Positions 27,649 to 37,586 of a stretch of 64,000 nucleotides of DNA are shown here, in pieces. Both the position numbers and the translations under genes were made by a program. This stretch comes from Candidatus Latescibacterota bacterium (lineage in GTDB: Bacteria > Latescibacterota > UBA2968 > UBA8231). The stretch's first letter is position 1. Every line of letters starts with the position of its first letter. The DNA lies in contig OZ241362.1 in NCBI GenBank assembly GCA_965200315.1, positions 832,001-896,000 of the forward strand, read 5' to 3'. The notes under the pieces are model-generated. The model worked only from the letters and a program-made list of their open reading frames with translations. It was not told the DNA's origin and searched no databases.

Positions 27649-29085
27649 TCAGTACACCATCTCCCGATAGCTCCGCGCGATCTTCTCGATCGCCACGACG
27701 TACGCCGCAGTGCGCAGGTCATGCACCTTGTCATGGCTCAAAAACACCTCGCGCATCTCGTTGTACGCCTGCCGCATGGTGTCGTCGAGGCCAGATCGCA
27801 CCAAGTCCAACTCATCGGCTCCGCGCATCAGGTCGTGCCGCTGGGCTTCGGGAAGGGGTTTGCCGACCGCAGTCTCTATGGCTTCGACGATGCGCTGTCC
27901 GCGCAACTCGTCAATACGCCGGTCCATGCGGCCGAAGCGGATGTGGGATAGGTTCTTGATCCATTCAAAGTACGAGACTATAACGCCCCCTGCGTTCAGG
28001 TAAGCGTCTGGAATCATCACCTTGCCGCGATCGCGCAGAATTTCGTCCGCCTCGAAAGTGATCGGACCGTTGGCGGCCTCGGCAATCAGCGATGCCTCGA
28101 TGCGCTCGGCGTTTTCTGCGGTGATGACCGATTCAGTAGCCGCCGGGATCAGGATGTCGCAGTCTGCTTCCAGCAAAAGGCTGCCGTCCTTCACGAACTC
28201 AGAGTCCCGAAAGCCTTGGCCACCGCCCTTTTCGCGGCGATAGGTGGCGAGTTCCTCTATGTCTAGCCCGGCCTCACACACCACAGCCCCCTCGCGCTCG
28301 ATCACGGCAACCACCTTGGCACCATCCTCTTCGGACAGGAACTTCGCGGCGTGGTACCCTACGTTGCCCAAGCCCTGGATGATTACGCGCTTGCCCTCTA
28401 GGCCTCCATCCATCCCGGCCTTCTGCACATCTTCGGGATGGCGGAAGAATTCTCTGAGGGCGTACTGCACCCCGCGCCCCGTCGCCTCGTTGCGGCCGCG
28501 GATTCCGCTCATGTGTACGGGTTTGCCGGTGACACAGGCGACCGCGTTGATGTCATTGGGATACAGGACGCGGTAGGCATCCGCGATCCACCCCATCTCG
28601 CGCGCGCCCGTGCCCATGTCGGGAGCCGGCACGTTGAGGCTGGGGCTGATGTAGCCTTTTTTTGCCAACTCCATCGTGAAATTGCGAGTGATCAACTCGA
28701 GCTCGGCGGCTGCGTAGTCGCGCGGGGCGATCTGCAGGGCTCCCTTAGAGCCCCCGTACGGGACATCGACGATGGCGCACTTGTAGGTCATCAGGGCGGC
28801 CAGAGCCTCGACCTCGTCCTGATCGGCGATCGGCGCATAGCGGATGCCGCCTTTCACCGGCAGGAAGTGCTCGCTGTGGACGGCGCGCCAGCCGGTGAAG
28901 ACCCTAAATTCGCCCCGTATGTAAACGGGAAAGCTGACCTGGAACACGGAGTTGCACGTCTTGATCTGGCTGGCGAGTCCCGGCTCGAGGTCTATCGTGG
29001 CGGCGGCCGCATCGAACATCCGGTCGACGCTGCTCTTGAACGACTGCTGCTGCTTTTCCAAACCGGACCCCGCTTTTTTATTCAT
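27649..29085 (-). CDS. gdhA: Glutamate dehydrogenase (Glu/Leu/Phe/Val dehydrogenase family)
   Basis: KGGIRY, MTYKCA, GGSKG, VPAPDMGT, TGKP, R.EATGRG, QGLGNVG, EAANGP, NAGGV.VSYFEW motifs. Confidence 0.95.
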   Translation of the reverse strand: MNKKAGSGLEKQQQSFKSSVDRMFDAAAATIDLEPGLASQIKTCNSVFQVSFPVYIRGEFRVFTGWRAVHSEHFLPVKGGIRYAPIADQDEVEALAALMTYKCAIVDVPYGGSKGALQIAPRDYAAAELELITRNFTMELAKKGYISPSLNVPAPDMGTGAREMGWIADAYRVLYPNDINAVACVTGKPVHMSGIRGRNEATGRGVQYALREFFRHPEDVQKAGMDGGLEGKRVIIQGLGNVGYHAAKFLSEEDGAKVVAVIEREGAVVCEAGLDIEELATYRREKGGGQGFRDSEFVKDGSLLLEADCDILIPAATESVITAENAERIEASLIAEAANGPITFEADEILRDRGKVMIPDAYLNAGGVIVSYFEWIKNLSHIRFGRMDRRIDELRGQRIVEAIETAVGKPLPEAQRHDLMRGADELDLVRSGLDDTMRQAYNEMREVFLSHDKVHDLRTAAYVVAIEKIARSYREMVY

Positions 29086-29263
29086 ACGCGCCAGCCCCTA
29101 TTCTCCGATGGTGGCCAGAGTTGGGTTTCTCCGTGCCGCGTAATAATTTCCGCAACAGCAAACCCTCGCGCTCGCCCGACAAACGGACATCCATCCCGAG
29201 CAGCCAAAACTCGACTAGTCGGATCGAGTAAGAAAAAGGGGATGCTGCCGCGCAAGCGACCGC

Positions 29264-31522
29264 TTATTCGATCAAAACCGGCTCGCTCGCATGGACGAAC
29301 AGCACGTCGTTTGCCCCATAGTAGCACTGGAGGGCTTGCTTGGCCTCGTCCGACTTGACGTCGTCATCGGTCAGACCAGCGATGACCAAATCGGCTTTGG
29401 AAGATCGAAGGATCACCTCCTGCTCAAGAGCTTCACGAGTCGTGCAAGAAACCGACGTCACATTCTGCCTAGAAATCGGCAGCCGTCCTTTCGTCATCAA
29501 CTCGGACAGCTTGTCTGTATCGTGCTCTCCGTTTCCAAGGTCGAAGCACGCGAAGAGCCGGATATCGGCGTGCTTCCACTCTGGATGCCCCACGATGATG
29601 TACGCCAAAAGCAGCATCAGCGGAGCGTTGACCAGATTCTTCTCGGTCACCCACAGGTGGATCGAGGAGTAATAGCCGAAGCGGTAGTTCGTCGACCGCA
29701 GGATCAAGACATTGAACATTGATTCCGTTGCAAGCTGTGCGCCCTGCACGGTCTCTTTGATCTCTTCGGGATGCTCTTCGTTGAACTCGAACAGAACGCA
29801 GTTGTTGGGCAAGCCCGAAATGCCGTGCGTCTGGAGCGTCTGCGCCAGTGCCATCTGGAACGAAGGACAAATTAGCGAATCCACGAAAATGCCCGCCCCA
29901 CTGACCTCGGCCCGCTCGATCAGCTTGCCCACCTGCATGCGGGCTTCGATCTCTCTGGTAAACGAGTATTCTCCCTCAAAGAACTGAATAAAGTGCCCAA
30001 ACCCATGCCGGTGGCTAATCCAACGCAGCAGGTCGAAGTGCCCCAGCCGACGTTCCCCAAAACGGGTCACCGCGACGATTGAGGGGCGCCAGCCCCCTTC
30101 CGATTTTACCGCCCGGCTTTTCTGCAGCGCGATCTGAAGACGGCGAGTCAGTTGGAACATCGTCCCTTGGAAGATCGCCGTCAGGCCGCGCTCTCCCCGC
30201 CGCGAACGACGCAAGCCGAAATAGGTCACCGCCATAAGAGCGATCGCCAAGAGCGCGTACAGCAGGTTCATTTTGAGCATCATCAGGCCGCACATCACCG
30301 CGCCCAACAGCGACAGATACCAGCGCGAATGAAAGGTCGGACGATAGGACGGATTGCTGGCAAAGTATTCGAGGAACGCCACCGTGCAAAGGGCACCGTA
30401 CGTTACCATGAAGAACATGCTGAGGATATGGGCGATGAAATCCACGTCGCCCAACGCCACGAATGCGATCGCAATGGCACTCGACACGCAGGTTGCGTAC
30501 ACCGGCTCCTGTGCCTTGCCCCAGCCTTTCTCCAACAGACGATTCAGTTTCGGAACCGGCAGCACATCGTCGTGCGCGAGGGCTTGCAGGGTCCGCGGAG
30601 CGACGAGAATCGAACCGAGGGCAGAAGATAGGGCGGCAGCACCCAGCCCTATGTAGATGGCTGGCCCCCACAGGGCGATCTCGGCCATGATAAACTGGTC
30701 GGCGGCGAGTGCATCCGGCGTCGCACTCTGGGCGAGCTTGATGGCGACCAATGAATACACGAGCATCCCCGCAAGCGTCGCGCCAATCGTGCCGAGGGGG
30801 ATGCTGCGCTGGGGATCCTTCAGATCGCCGGAAAGGCCCAAGCCCGCGATCATGCCCGTGAAGGCCGGAAAGCACGTTGCGAAGACGAGGCCAAAGGCAT
30901 CGCCCCCTTCGATGGTCTCGGTTAGATGCAGTCCGGTGGGACGGATTTCCTCGGGGCCTTGTCCCAACAGGAACGCGGCAATCGACGCCCCCAGAATCGC
31001 GCAGACGATCCACAGCACCCGCACACCGATGCCGGCACCTCTGGCGAGTATTAACACGGCAAGCAGGATCGTACACGGCAAGCTCACCCAACGCGGGTCG
31101 GCTTCTATTGAGTACGTCGCGGCGACCCATGCGTATACAGGATCGAATGCTTCGGCAAAGGCGACCAAGTAGAAGGCCACCGAAATCGCTTGAGAAAGGT
31201 ATAGCGCAAGCCCAATCGCGCCGCCGATGCTAGTGCCAAAGGAGCGGCTGATAATGTAGTAAGCGCCGCCGCCCGCCACGCGGCGATTTGTCGCAATCTC
31301 GGACACCGCCAAGACCGTGGGAATGGTCACCAGATGCCCAAGGACGATGATCAGGAGGCTTCCCCAGAGACCGACGTGCGCGACAGCGTAGCCGAACCGC
31401 AGGAAGAGGATCGCGCCGAGGATCGTGCTGATGGACGCAAGAAAAACAGGCGCGGTGCCAAAGCCGTGCCCCGCTTGGGAAGATGCAGATGGGCTACCTG
31501 TAGCTGTTTGTTGTGAGGTCAA
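29264..31522 (-). CDS. APC-superfamily permease, SLC12 cation-chloride cotransporter-like
   Basis: FGT..VF...I.TILG.ILFLR, S.IATN..V..GG.YY.ISRS.G, FPAFTG..AG...SGDLKDP..SIP.GT, C-terminal WRP cytosolic domain. TTG start with AAGGAG RBS. Confidence 0.88.
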   Translation of the reverse strand: MTSQQTATGSPSASSQAGHGFGTAPVFLASISTILGAILFLRFGYAVAHVGLWGSLLIIVLGHLVTIPTVLAVSEIATNRRVAGGGAYYIISRSFGTSIGGAIGLALYLSQAISVAFYLVAFAEAFDPVYAWVAATYSIEADPRWVSLPCTILLAVLILARGAGIGVRVLWIVCAILGASIAAFLLGQGPEEIRPTGLHLTETIEGGDAFGLVFATCFPAFTGMIAGLGLSGDLKDPQRSIPLGTIGATLAGMLVYSLVAIKLAQSATPDALAADQFIMAEIALWGPAIYIGLGAAALSSALGSILVAPRTLQALAHDDVLPVPKLNRLLEKGWGKAQEPVYATCVSSAIAIAFVALGDVDFIAHILSMFFMVTYGALCTVAFLEYFASNPSYRPTFHSRWYLSLLGAVMCGLMMLKMNLLYALLAIALMAVTYFGLRRSRRGERGLTAIFQGTMFQLTRRLQIALQKSRAVKSEGGWRPSIVAVTRFGERRLGHFDLLRWISHRHGFGHFIQFFEGEYSFTREIEARMQVGKLIERAEVSGAGIFVDSLICPSFQMALAQTLQTHGISGLPNNCVLFEFNEEHPEEIKETVQGAQLATESMFNVLILRSTNYRFGYYSSIHLWVTEKNLVNAPLMLLLAYIIVGHPEWKHADIRLFACFDLGNGEHDTDKLSELMTKGRLPISRQNVTSVSCTTREALEQEVILRSSKADLVIAGLTDDDVKSDEAKQALQCYYGANDVLFVHASEPVLIE

Positions 31523-32703
31523 CGGGCCTTGCTCCTTTGCTTGGTCAAGCTGTTCAGTGCTACGAGCAGTTCGTCGATTTCAGATTCCAGTAAGAAAAAG
31601 GTGATGCTGGCGCGCAAGCCCTCGCGCCCGTGCGGCAGCGGCTTGATGACCATGTTCCACTCCTCGCGGAGGGCCGCGCTCAACTCCTCCCCCTTCCATC
31701 CCGCCAGCCCAAAGCTGACCAGCGCCGCAGACCGCTGAGGGGAACGCGGAGTGTAGAGCATTGCATCCGGGATCTGCGCCAGCCCCTCCTTCAGCCGCCC
31801 GGTCAATGCCACCGTCCGCGCCCAGATCGCCTCTATACCAATGGCCGACAAGTACTCGACGGCAAAGGCCCAAGCCAGCACCAGCGGCCAACACCAAGGA
31901 CCGTACTGAAAGCGCTCAGCCGTCTCGCGCAACGCAAAGGTGCCGGCGGCCGGGTCCAACCACTGTTCGGCCCGGCCGCCGGCATAGCACACCTGCACCG
32001 CGTCGATAGCCTCCTGCCGCACGTAGAGCAACCCCGCTGCATAGGGAGCGTACATCCACTTATAGGAGAGCAACCCGGCAAAATCGCACCCCAGTGAGCG
32101 TAAATCCAAAGGATACAACCCCGCCGAATGCGCCAGATCCAAAAAGCTGCGCACTCCCTGCGCCCGTGCCGCCGCGCAAATCCGCTCCACTGGCAGGCGG
32201 AACCCCAAATCCGTCGTTACATGGCTCAGAGCCACCAGTTTAGTCCGCTCCCCCAGCCGCTCCTCCACGGCCTGCACCTGCCCATCGTCGTCGTCAATCA
32301 GCGGCACCTTCACCACCTCGACCCCGTACAAATCCCGCAAGTGCAGGGCCGGCAAAAGCAGGGCCGCCTCCTCGTCCGCACTGATCACAATCTCGTCGCC
32401 AGCCTTCCACTCCATCCCCCGCACCACCGTCTGAAACCCCTCGCTGACCCCCCGCATCAACGCTAGCTCCTCAGCCGCCACGCCAAAAAACTGCGCCAGC
32501 CGCTCCAGTGCCGCCTTGCGCCGGGGATACTCTTCCTCTGGATAGACGATGTGCAAAGGCCCTCGCCGCACCATCTCTTCCGTCCAGCGCGTGTACTCAG
32601 CAGCCACCGGCACCGGCGTGATACTCACGCCCCCATTCTGGAACCAAGTGTACTGCTCCAGCGCGGGGAAGTCGCGGCGAATTGCTTGGACATCCATAAT
32701 CAT
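31519..32703 (-). CDS. Class V aminotransferase / cysteine desulfurase-like PLP enzyme
   Basis: IR.DFPAL, SHV....G...PV..I, D.AHS.G, SYKW..P...G.LY motifs. Confidence 0.88.
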   Translation of the reverse strand: MIMDVQAIRRDFPALEQYTWFQNGGVSITPVPVAAEYTRWTEEMVRRGPLHIVYPEEEYPRRKAALERLAQFFGVAAEELALMRGVSEGFQTVVRGMEWKAGDEIVISADEEAALLLPALHLRDLYGVEVVKVPLIDDDDGQVQAVEERLGERTKLVALSHVTTDLGFRLPVERICAAARAQGVRSFLDLAHSAGLYPLDLRSLGCDFAGLLSYKWMYAPYAAGLLYVRQEAIDAVQVCYAGGRAEQWLDPAAGTFALRETAERFQYGPWCWPLVLAWAFAVEYLSAIGIEAIWARTVALTGRLKEGLAQIPDAMLYTPRSPQRSAALVSFGLAGWKGEELSAALREEWNMVIKPLPHGREGLRASITFFLLESEIDELLVALNSLTKQRSKAR

Positions 32704-33879
32704 TCAATCCGATGCAACGCCGCAATAGTCGGCTGCGGCTAGCGCGTACACTTGTGCCGCCTTCTCTAGCCGATCCACCTCTACCCACTCCACATCCGCA
32801 TGTGCCGTCTCGTTTGAAGGGCCGTAGTAAAAGGTCGGCACCCCGGTCCCATGCACGTATAAATTGGCGTCCCCCACAATCCGCATCCCCACCAGCTCGG
32901 CTTCTTGGCCGGTCACCTGCTCGTGCGCCCGCCCCACCGCTTGCACGGCCGCATCGTCGGCCAGCGTCTCAAACGGCTCGCGCTCGTGCTCCATTGCGAC
33001 CCGCAGGCCTAAGCTCCCGGCCGCGGCCAACGGCCGCGCTAGGTCCTCTAACTCCGCTAGCACCTGCGGTGCCGAGCGCCCCGGCAGCCAGCGCCGGGTC
33101 CCCGTCAGTGTGCAACACAGCGGCGTGCGATTGAAATAATCGCCCCCGGAGACAATGCCTAGATCGATGCGCTCGGCACCGGCCAAGGCGTGTGCTGGCC
33201 CGGCGTCGAGTTCGAGTTGGTACTGGTGGATCCGGTCGATGAGTGCGCCGACAAAGCGGAGCGGATTTTCTGCAAAGGGCACGTACTGGGTGTGCTTGCC
33301 GCCAGCGGCCGATTCGAGCGCGATGGTAAAGACCATGGACCCCATACTCATCACCCACAGCGCGTCGCGGCCCTCGACGATCAAGATTCGGTCGCCGCCA
33401 ATCCGGCCACTGTTGCGGTCGGCGATCAGCGCTAGCGGCCCATCCTTTTGCGCCTCGACCTCCTCGTGCCCCACAATCGCCGTCAGCCACAAGTCGCCCT
33501 GCAACTCCACTCCGCTTTCCAAAAGCGCCTTGACCGCGGCCAACGCCGCGGCCATGCCCCCCTTCATATCGGTAGCTCCCCGGCCGTACACGCGGTTGCC
33601 CTCGCGGCGGGCGGGCGGGCAGGACCCCACGGGAATGGTGTCGAGATGGCCGTTGAGCATTAGCGCCGGACCATCCCCCCGGCCCGCGAAGCGCGCGTAG
33701 AGGTTGTTGCGCCCCGGCGTTACTTCCCGCACATCGACGTCTAAACCGACCTCGCGCATCATGTCGTGATATGCGCGGCACACTTCGGCTTCGGCCATGG
33801 TTACGCTATAAACATCGACCAATTCCCGGGTCCGCTCGGCCACCCACTCTCGGTCGATAGTCGCGATTAATTTTTCCAT
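32704..33879 (-). CDS. M20-family metallo-hydrolase (acetylornithine deacetylase-like)
   Basis: NGHLDT, YGRGATDMKGG, EE, YGP....AH...E motifs. Confidence 0.9.
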   Translation of the reverse strand: MEKLIATIDREWVAERTRELVDVYSVTMAEAEVCRAYHDMMREVGLDVDVREVTPGRNNLYARFAGRGDGPALMLNGHLDTIPVGSCPPARREGNRVYGRGATDMKGGMAAALAAVKALLESGVELQGDLWLTAIVGHEEVEAQKDGPLALIADRNSGRIGGDRILIVEGRDALWVMSMGSMVFTIALESAAGGKHTQYVPFAENPLRFVGALIDRIHQYQLELDAGPAHALAGAERIDLGIVSGGDYFNRTPLCCTLTGTRRWLPGRSAPQVLAELEDLARPLAAAGSLGLRVAMEHEREPFETLADDAAVQAVGRAHEQVTGQEAELVGMRIVGDANLYVHGTGVPTFYYGPSNETAHADVEWVEVDRLEKAAQVYALAAADYCGVASD

Positions 33880-34043
33880 TTGTGTCGATCCATCCTCTCT
33901 TGTGCGTTCTCGTCTAGCCGGGACGCCTCGCTTGCATCGCCGGCAGGAGGTGCCTTCTTTAGGCCATAATATAGGATGATGTTGACCATGTTGCAGATGC
34001 TAGGTACATCGTTCCATGATCTTCAGACCAGTGAGGAGGTAAT

Positions 34044-34393
34044 ATGCCAAAATTGAAGCATATCACGATCAGGGGCTTTTGGTCCATCAAAGAAATGACG
34101 CTGGAACTCCGGCCGCTCCATGTTCTGATCGGTGCCAATGGGGCTGGTAAGAGTAATCTCATTGCCTTCTTCAAATTAGTAAATGAATTAATGGGCGGAC
34201 GACTTCAGCAACATATTGGGGCGACCGGGCGGGCCACGGCCAATTTGCATTTTGGCCCAAGGATAACTCCTCAATTGGCAGCGGAGATGGCGTTTGAATT
34301 GCTCACGCCCGCAAGAAGGGAATAGTCCATCGAGGAGGAGGTAGAAACTTCAGGGCGATGCAGAATGATATTGATCGCCGGCGCAAACAGTAA
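34044..34393 (+). pseudogene. Collapsed AAA_21/ABC-ATPase + DUF4276-like operon remnant
   Basis: MPKLKHITIRGFWSIK...LIGANGAGKSNL (Walker A) truncated near 34297, joined out of frame to IAHARKKGIVHRGGGRNFRAMQNDIDRRRKQ* (34298-34393), which resembles the DUF4276 N-terminal region. Confidence 0.65.
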
Positions 34394-34573
34394 TCGGCCA
34401 CTAAGCCAAAAGATAGCGGGCAAAGACCGTCTCCGTCCGCTCCACAGGACGCCCTTGCTCCACGCCGATTCGACAGGGTATATTCCACGCAGAGGAGACC
34501 GTGCCGTTGCTAGGTGCTCTGGCCCTTGAAGGCGAGTGGCCAAAAAACTTGAGCCGGTATAGGAACTAACGAC

Positions 34574-35608
34574 GTGATCGATGCTATAGACCTCTTTGAG
34601 AGCGGGACTCAAGGCTACCATACCTTCCGCATCCCAGCCCTGATTACCACGCCCACCGGCGCGGTGCTCGCCTTTTGCGAGGGCCGCAAAAACGCACGCG
34701 GCGACACGGGCGACATCGACATGCTGCTGAGGCGCAGCGACGACGGCGGGAAGACGTTTGCTCCCTTTGAACTGGTGTGGGACGCCGGCCCGAACACCTG
34801 CGGCAATCCCTGCCCGGTGGTCGATGTCCGCACGGGTGCGATTTCTCTGCTGATGACCCACAATCTCGGCCATGACCACGAGCCCGAGATCATCGACCAA
34901 ACGAGCGAGGGCACCCGCACGGTGTGGCTGACGCGCAGCCAGGACGACGGACGCACTTGGTCTTCTCCGGTGGAGATCACGGCCGCAGCTAAGCAACCTA
35001 ACTGGACTTGGTACGCCACCGGCCCAGGCGCTGGTATCCAGCTAGCCACTGGCCGGCTCGTCATCCCCTGCGACCACATTGAAGCGGGCACCAAGAAATA
35101 CTACTCGCACGTCTTGCTCAGTGACGACGGCGGCCAGAGCTGGCGGCTCGGCGGCTCGACCCCGCAAGATCAGGTCAACGAGTGCGAAGTCGTCGAACTC
35201 CAGGACGGTCGTCTGTTGCTCAATATGCGCAACTACGATCCCAGCATCCGCGCCCGCGCCTTTTCGTTTAGCGACGACCGGGGGCAGAGCTGGTCGTCCA
35301 TAGCGCGCGATCCGGTTCTCGTCGAGCCGATCTGCCAAGCCAGCATCCGCCGGATTGGCCCCAGCGTGCTTTTTTCTAATCCCGCCAGTGCCGAGGGCCG
35401 CCAGAACATGACCGTGCGGCGCAGCGACGACGACGGCCAAACGTGGGCCTGCGCCCGCGTCTTGCATCCCGGTCCAGCAGCGTACTCCTGTCTGGCCGCC
35501 TTGCCCGATGGCCGCGCCGCTTGTCTTTATGAATGCGGTGCCGAGCATCCCTACGAGCGCCTGACCCTAGCCCGCTTCTCGCTGGACTGGGTATGCACTA
35601 CGCCCTGA
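34574..35608 (+). CDS. Exo-alpha-sialidase (GH33, BNR/Asp-box repeats)
   Basis: FRIP motif, five Asp boxes (SDDGGKTF, SQDDGRTW, SDDGGQSW, SDDRGQSW, SDDDGQTW), AYS and LYE. Confidence 0.92.
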   Translation: MIDAIDLFESGTQGYHTFRIPALITTPTGAVLAFCEGRKNARGDTGDIDMLLRRSDDGGKTFAPFELVWDAGPNTCGNPCPVVDVRTGAISLLMTHNLGHDHEPEIIDQTSEGTRTVWLTRSQDDGRTWSSPVEITAAAKQPNWTWYATGPGAGIQLATGRLVIPCDHIEAGTKKYYSHVLLSDDGGQSWRLGGSTPQDQVNECEVVELQDGRLLLNMRNYDPSIRARAFSFSDDRGQSWSSIARDPVLVEPICQASIRRIGPSVLFSNPASAEGRQNMTVRRSDDDGQTWACARVLHPGPAAYSCLAALPDGRAACLYECGAEHPYERLTLARFSLDWVCTTP

Positions 35609-35617
35609 GAAATTTTT

Positions 35618-36784
35618 ATGAAAATCACTGACATCCGCGTCCTCTGCCTCTCCCGTCCCCACGAACCCGAGCGCCAGTGGTTCAGCGCCTCTTTCTACGT
35701 GGAAAAAGCCGACTGTCCTATCGTCATTATCGACACGGACGCTGGCTTGCAGGGCATTGCCGAACCTTCTACCTATGGAGATCCACCGGTCATTCGCCAG
35801 CGGCTCGACGCGCTCAAGCCGAGTCTCATCGGCCGCGACCCGCTCGACCCGGACCTCGCGGCCAAACCCATCGGCGACCGCTCGCTGCACATTGCCTACG
35901 CTGGTCTCGAACTGGCGCTGTGGGATCTGCGCGCCAAGGCGCAAAACAAAACAGTCGCCGAACTCATCGTCCCCCTCATCACACCCGACACCCCCGAGCG
36001 CAAACCGCGCACCCTCTTCCGCATCTATGCTTCGGGCGGCGTCCAGTACGACTGGGACTACCGCCCAACATCCGTCGTCGATGAAGCACGCGCCCTCGCC
36101 GACCGGGGATTTACCGCCTATAAGATGCGGCTGGGCACTGAGTGGGCGTGGTCGGGCGTCGCGGTTGCGCAGATGATTGACCTGTTGCAGAAAGTGACCG
36201 ACGCGGTGGGCGAGCGCATGGAGCTGATGCTGGAGGGCAATTGTCGCCTCGACGAGGCGCAGGCCCGCGAGATTGGCCACTTTCTCGACGAGGCAGGCTG
36301 GACGTGGTTTGAGGAACCGCTGCCCAAGGAGCAGATCGACGGCTACGCCCGCCTCAACTCCGAACTGCGTCTGCCCATCACCGGCGGCGAATCCAACACG
36401 ACCCGCGACCAGTTTGAGCCGTTCTTCGCGCAGAAAGCGTACGCCAAGGGCCAGCTCGATGTCGGCGTCTGTAACCTCGGCGAGGCCATCCGCATCTACC
36501 ACTGCGCCAAAGAGTACGGCGTCGAGCTTTTTACCCAGAACTGGCACAACGGCCTGTTGACCATATCTAACGCTCACTTCCTCGCCGCTCTCCCCGAAGA
36601 GCACGTGCTGGAAATGTTCATCGGCCAAGGGCCGTTGCAATGGGACATCCTCAAAGACCCGCCCGCGACTGAAGGCTATCTCGCGCTGCCCGACGCGCCC
36701 GGCTGGGGCGTAGCCCTCGCCGACGATCTCGAAACGCGCTTCCCCTACATCCCCGGGCCTTGGGGCCGGGCGGTGGAGCGGTGA
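35618..36784 (+). CDS. Mandelate racemase/muconate lactonizing enzyme family protein
   Basis: E.ALWDL.AK, YAS, GF.A.K.R, WFEEP, I.GGE and PD.PGWGV motifs. Confidence 0.9.
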   Translation: MKITDIRVLCLSRPHEPERQWFSASFYVEKADCPIVIIDTDAGLQGIAEPSTYGDPPVIRQRLDALKPSLIGRDPLDPDLAAKPIGDRSLHIAYAGLELALWDLRAKAQNKTVAELIVPLITPDTPERKPRTLFRIYASGGVQYDWDYRPTSVVDEARALADRGFTAYKMRLGTEWAWSGVAVAQMIDLLQKVTDAVGERMELMLEGNCRLDEAQAREIGHFLDEAGWTWFEEPLPKEQIDGYARLNSELRLPITGGESNTTRDQFEPFFAQKAYAKGQLDVGVCNLGEAIRIYHCAKEYGVELFTQNWHNGLLTISNAHFLAALPEEHVLEMFIGQGPLQWDILKDPPATEGYLALPDAPGWGVALADDLETRFPYIPGPWGRAVER

Positions 36785-36837
36785 AAAGCGCATTCAAATC
36801 CACACCGGGCGTTTTCGATGTTGTGCCGATCCAAAAT

Positions 36838-36867
36838 TTGACAACTGCCCTTGGCCCCTTGTAAAAT
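36838..36867 (+). promoter_or_regulatory. Putative sigma70 promoter
   Basis: TTGACA-18 nt-TAAAAT upstream of GGAG RBS and ATG 36897. Confidence 0.5.
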
Positions 36868-36896
36868 AGTCCACCCGCATTCACTTTGGAGCCAAC

Positions 36897-37586
36897 ATGA
36901 TTAAAGACCCGCCGCTCCTTACTGTTCGCCGCAACTTTCCGCGGCCCTCGGAAGCTGTCCTGCGCGCCCTGCGCAACGTTCCCACTGGCTTTATCGTCGA
37001 TTGCATGAACGGCCGTGGTGCGCTCGACTATCTCATCAAGCCGCTCGATCCCGACAGCTGCAAGTTCGTCGCGCCCGTCGTCACCTGTCACCCAGGGCCG
37101 GGCGACAATCTTGCCGTCTTTGCCGCGCTCGAGATTGCGCAGCGAGGGGACGCGATCTTCATCGCTACGGATACGTTCACCAAGACTGCGGTTGCCGGCG
37201 ACAACATGATGGCCATGGGCCGCAACCGCGGCGTGGTCGGTTTGGTCACCGACGGCCTGATGCGCGACATAGATGGGATATTGCCCGTCGGTTTGCCCGC
37301 CTTTTGCCGGGGTATTACGCCCAACTCCTGTACTCGCAACGGCCCAGGCACGGCCGGGATGCCGGTGGTCATGGGTGGGATCTGCGTGGATGCTGGTGAG
37401 ATCGCGGTTGCCGACCAAGACGGGGTGGTGGTCATTCCCCACGACCAGTTCGATCACGTCTGCGCGACCCTACCCCAAGTGCGCGAAGCCGAGGAAAATC
37501 TCTCTCGCCAGATCCGCTTAGGTTTGGACAATATGGAGGGGATACGCGAGTTGCTCGACTCGGACCGCACCGAGCACGTCGACTAA
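36897..37586 (+). CDS. RraA-family / 4-hydroxy-4-methyl-2-oxoglutarate aldolase-like protein
   Basis: PGDNL, A..GD, G.V.DG..RD, GE...AD.DGVVVIP motifs. Confidence 0.88.
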   Translation: MIKDPPLLTVRRNFPRPSEAVLRALRNVPTGFIVDCMNGRGALDYLIKPLDPDSCKFVAPVVTCHPGPGDNLAVFAALEIAQRGDAIFIATDTFTKTAVAGDNMMAMGRNRGVVGLVTDGLMRDIDGILPVGLPAFCRGITPNSCTRNGPGTAGMPVVMGGICVDAGEIAVADQDGVVVIPHDQFDHVCATLPQVREAEENLSRQIRLGLDNMEGIRELLDSDRTEHVD

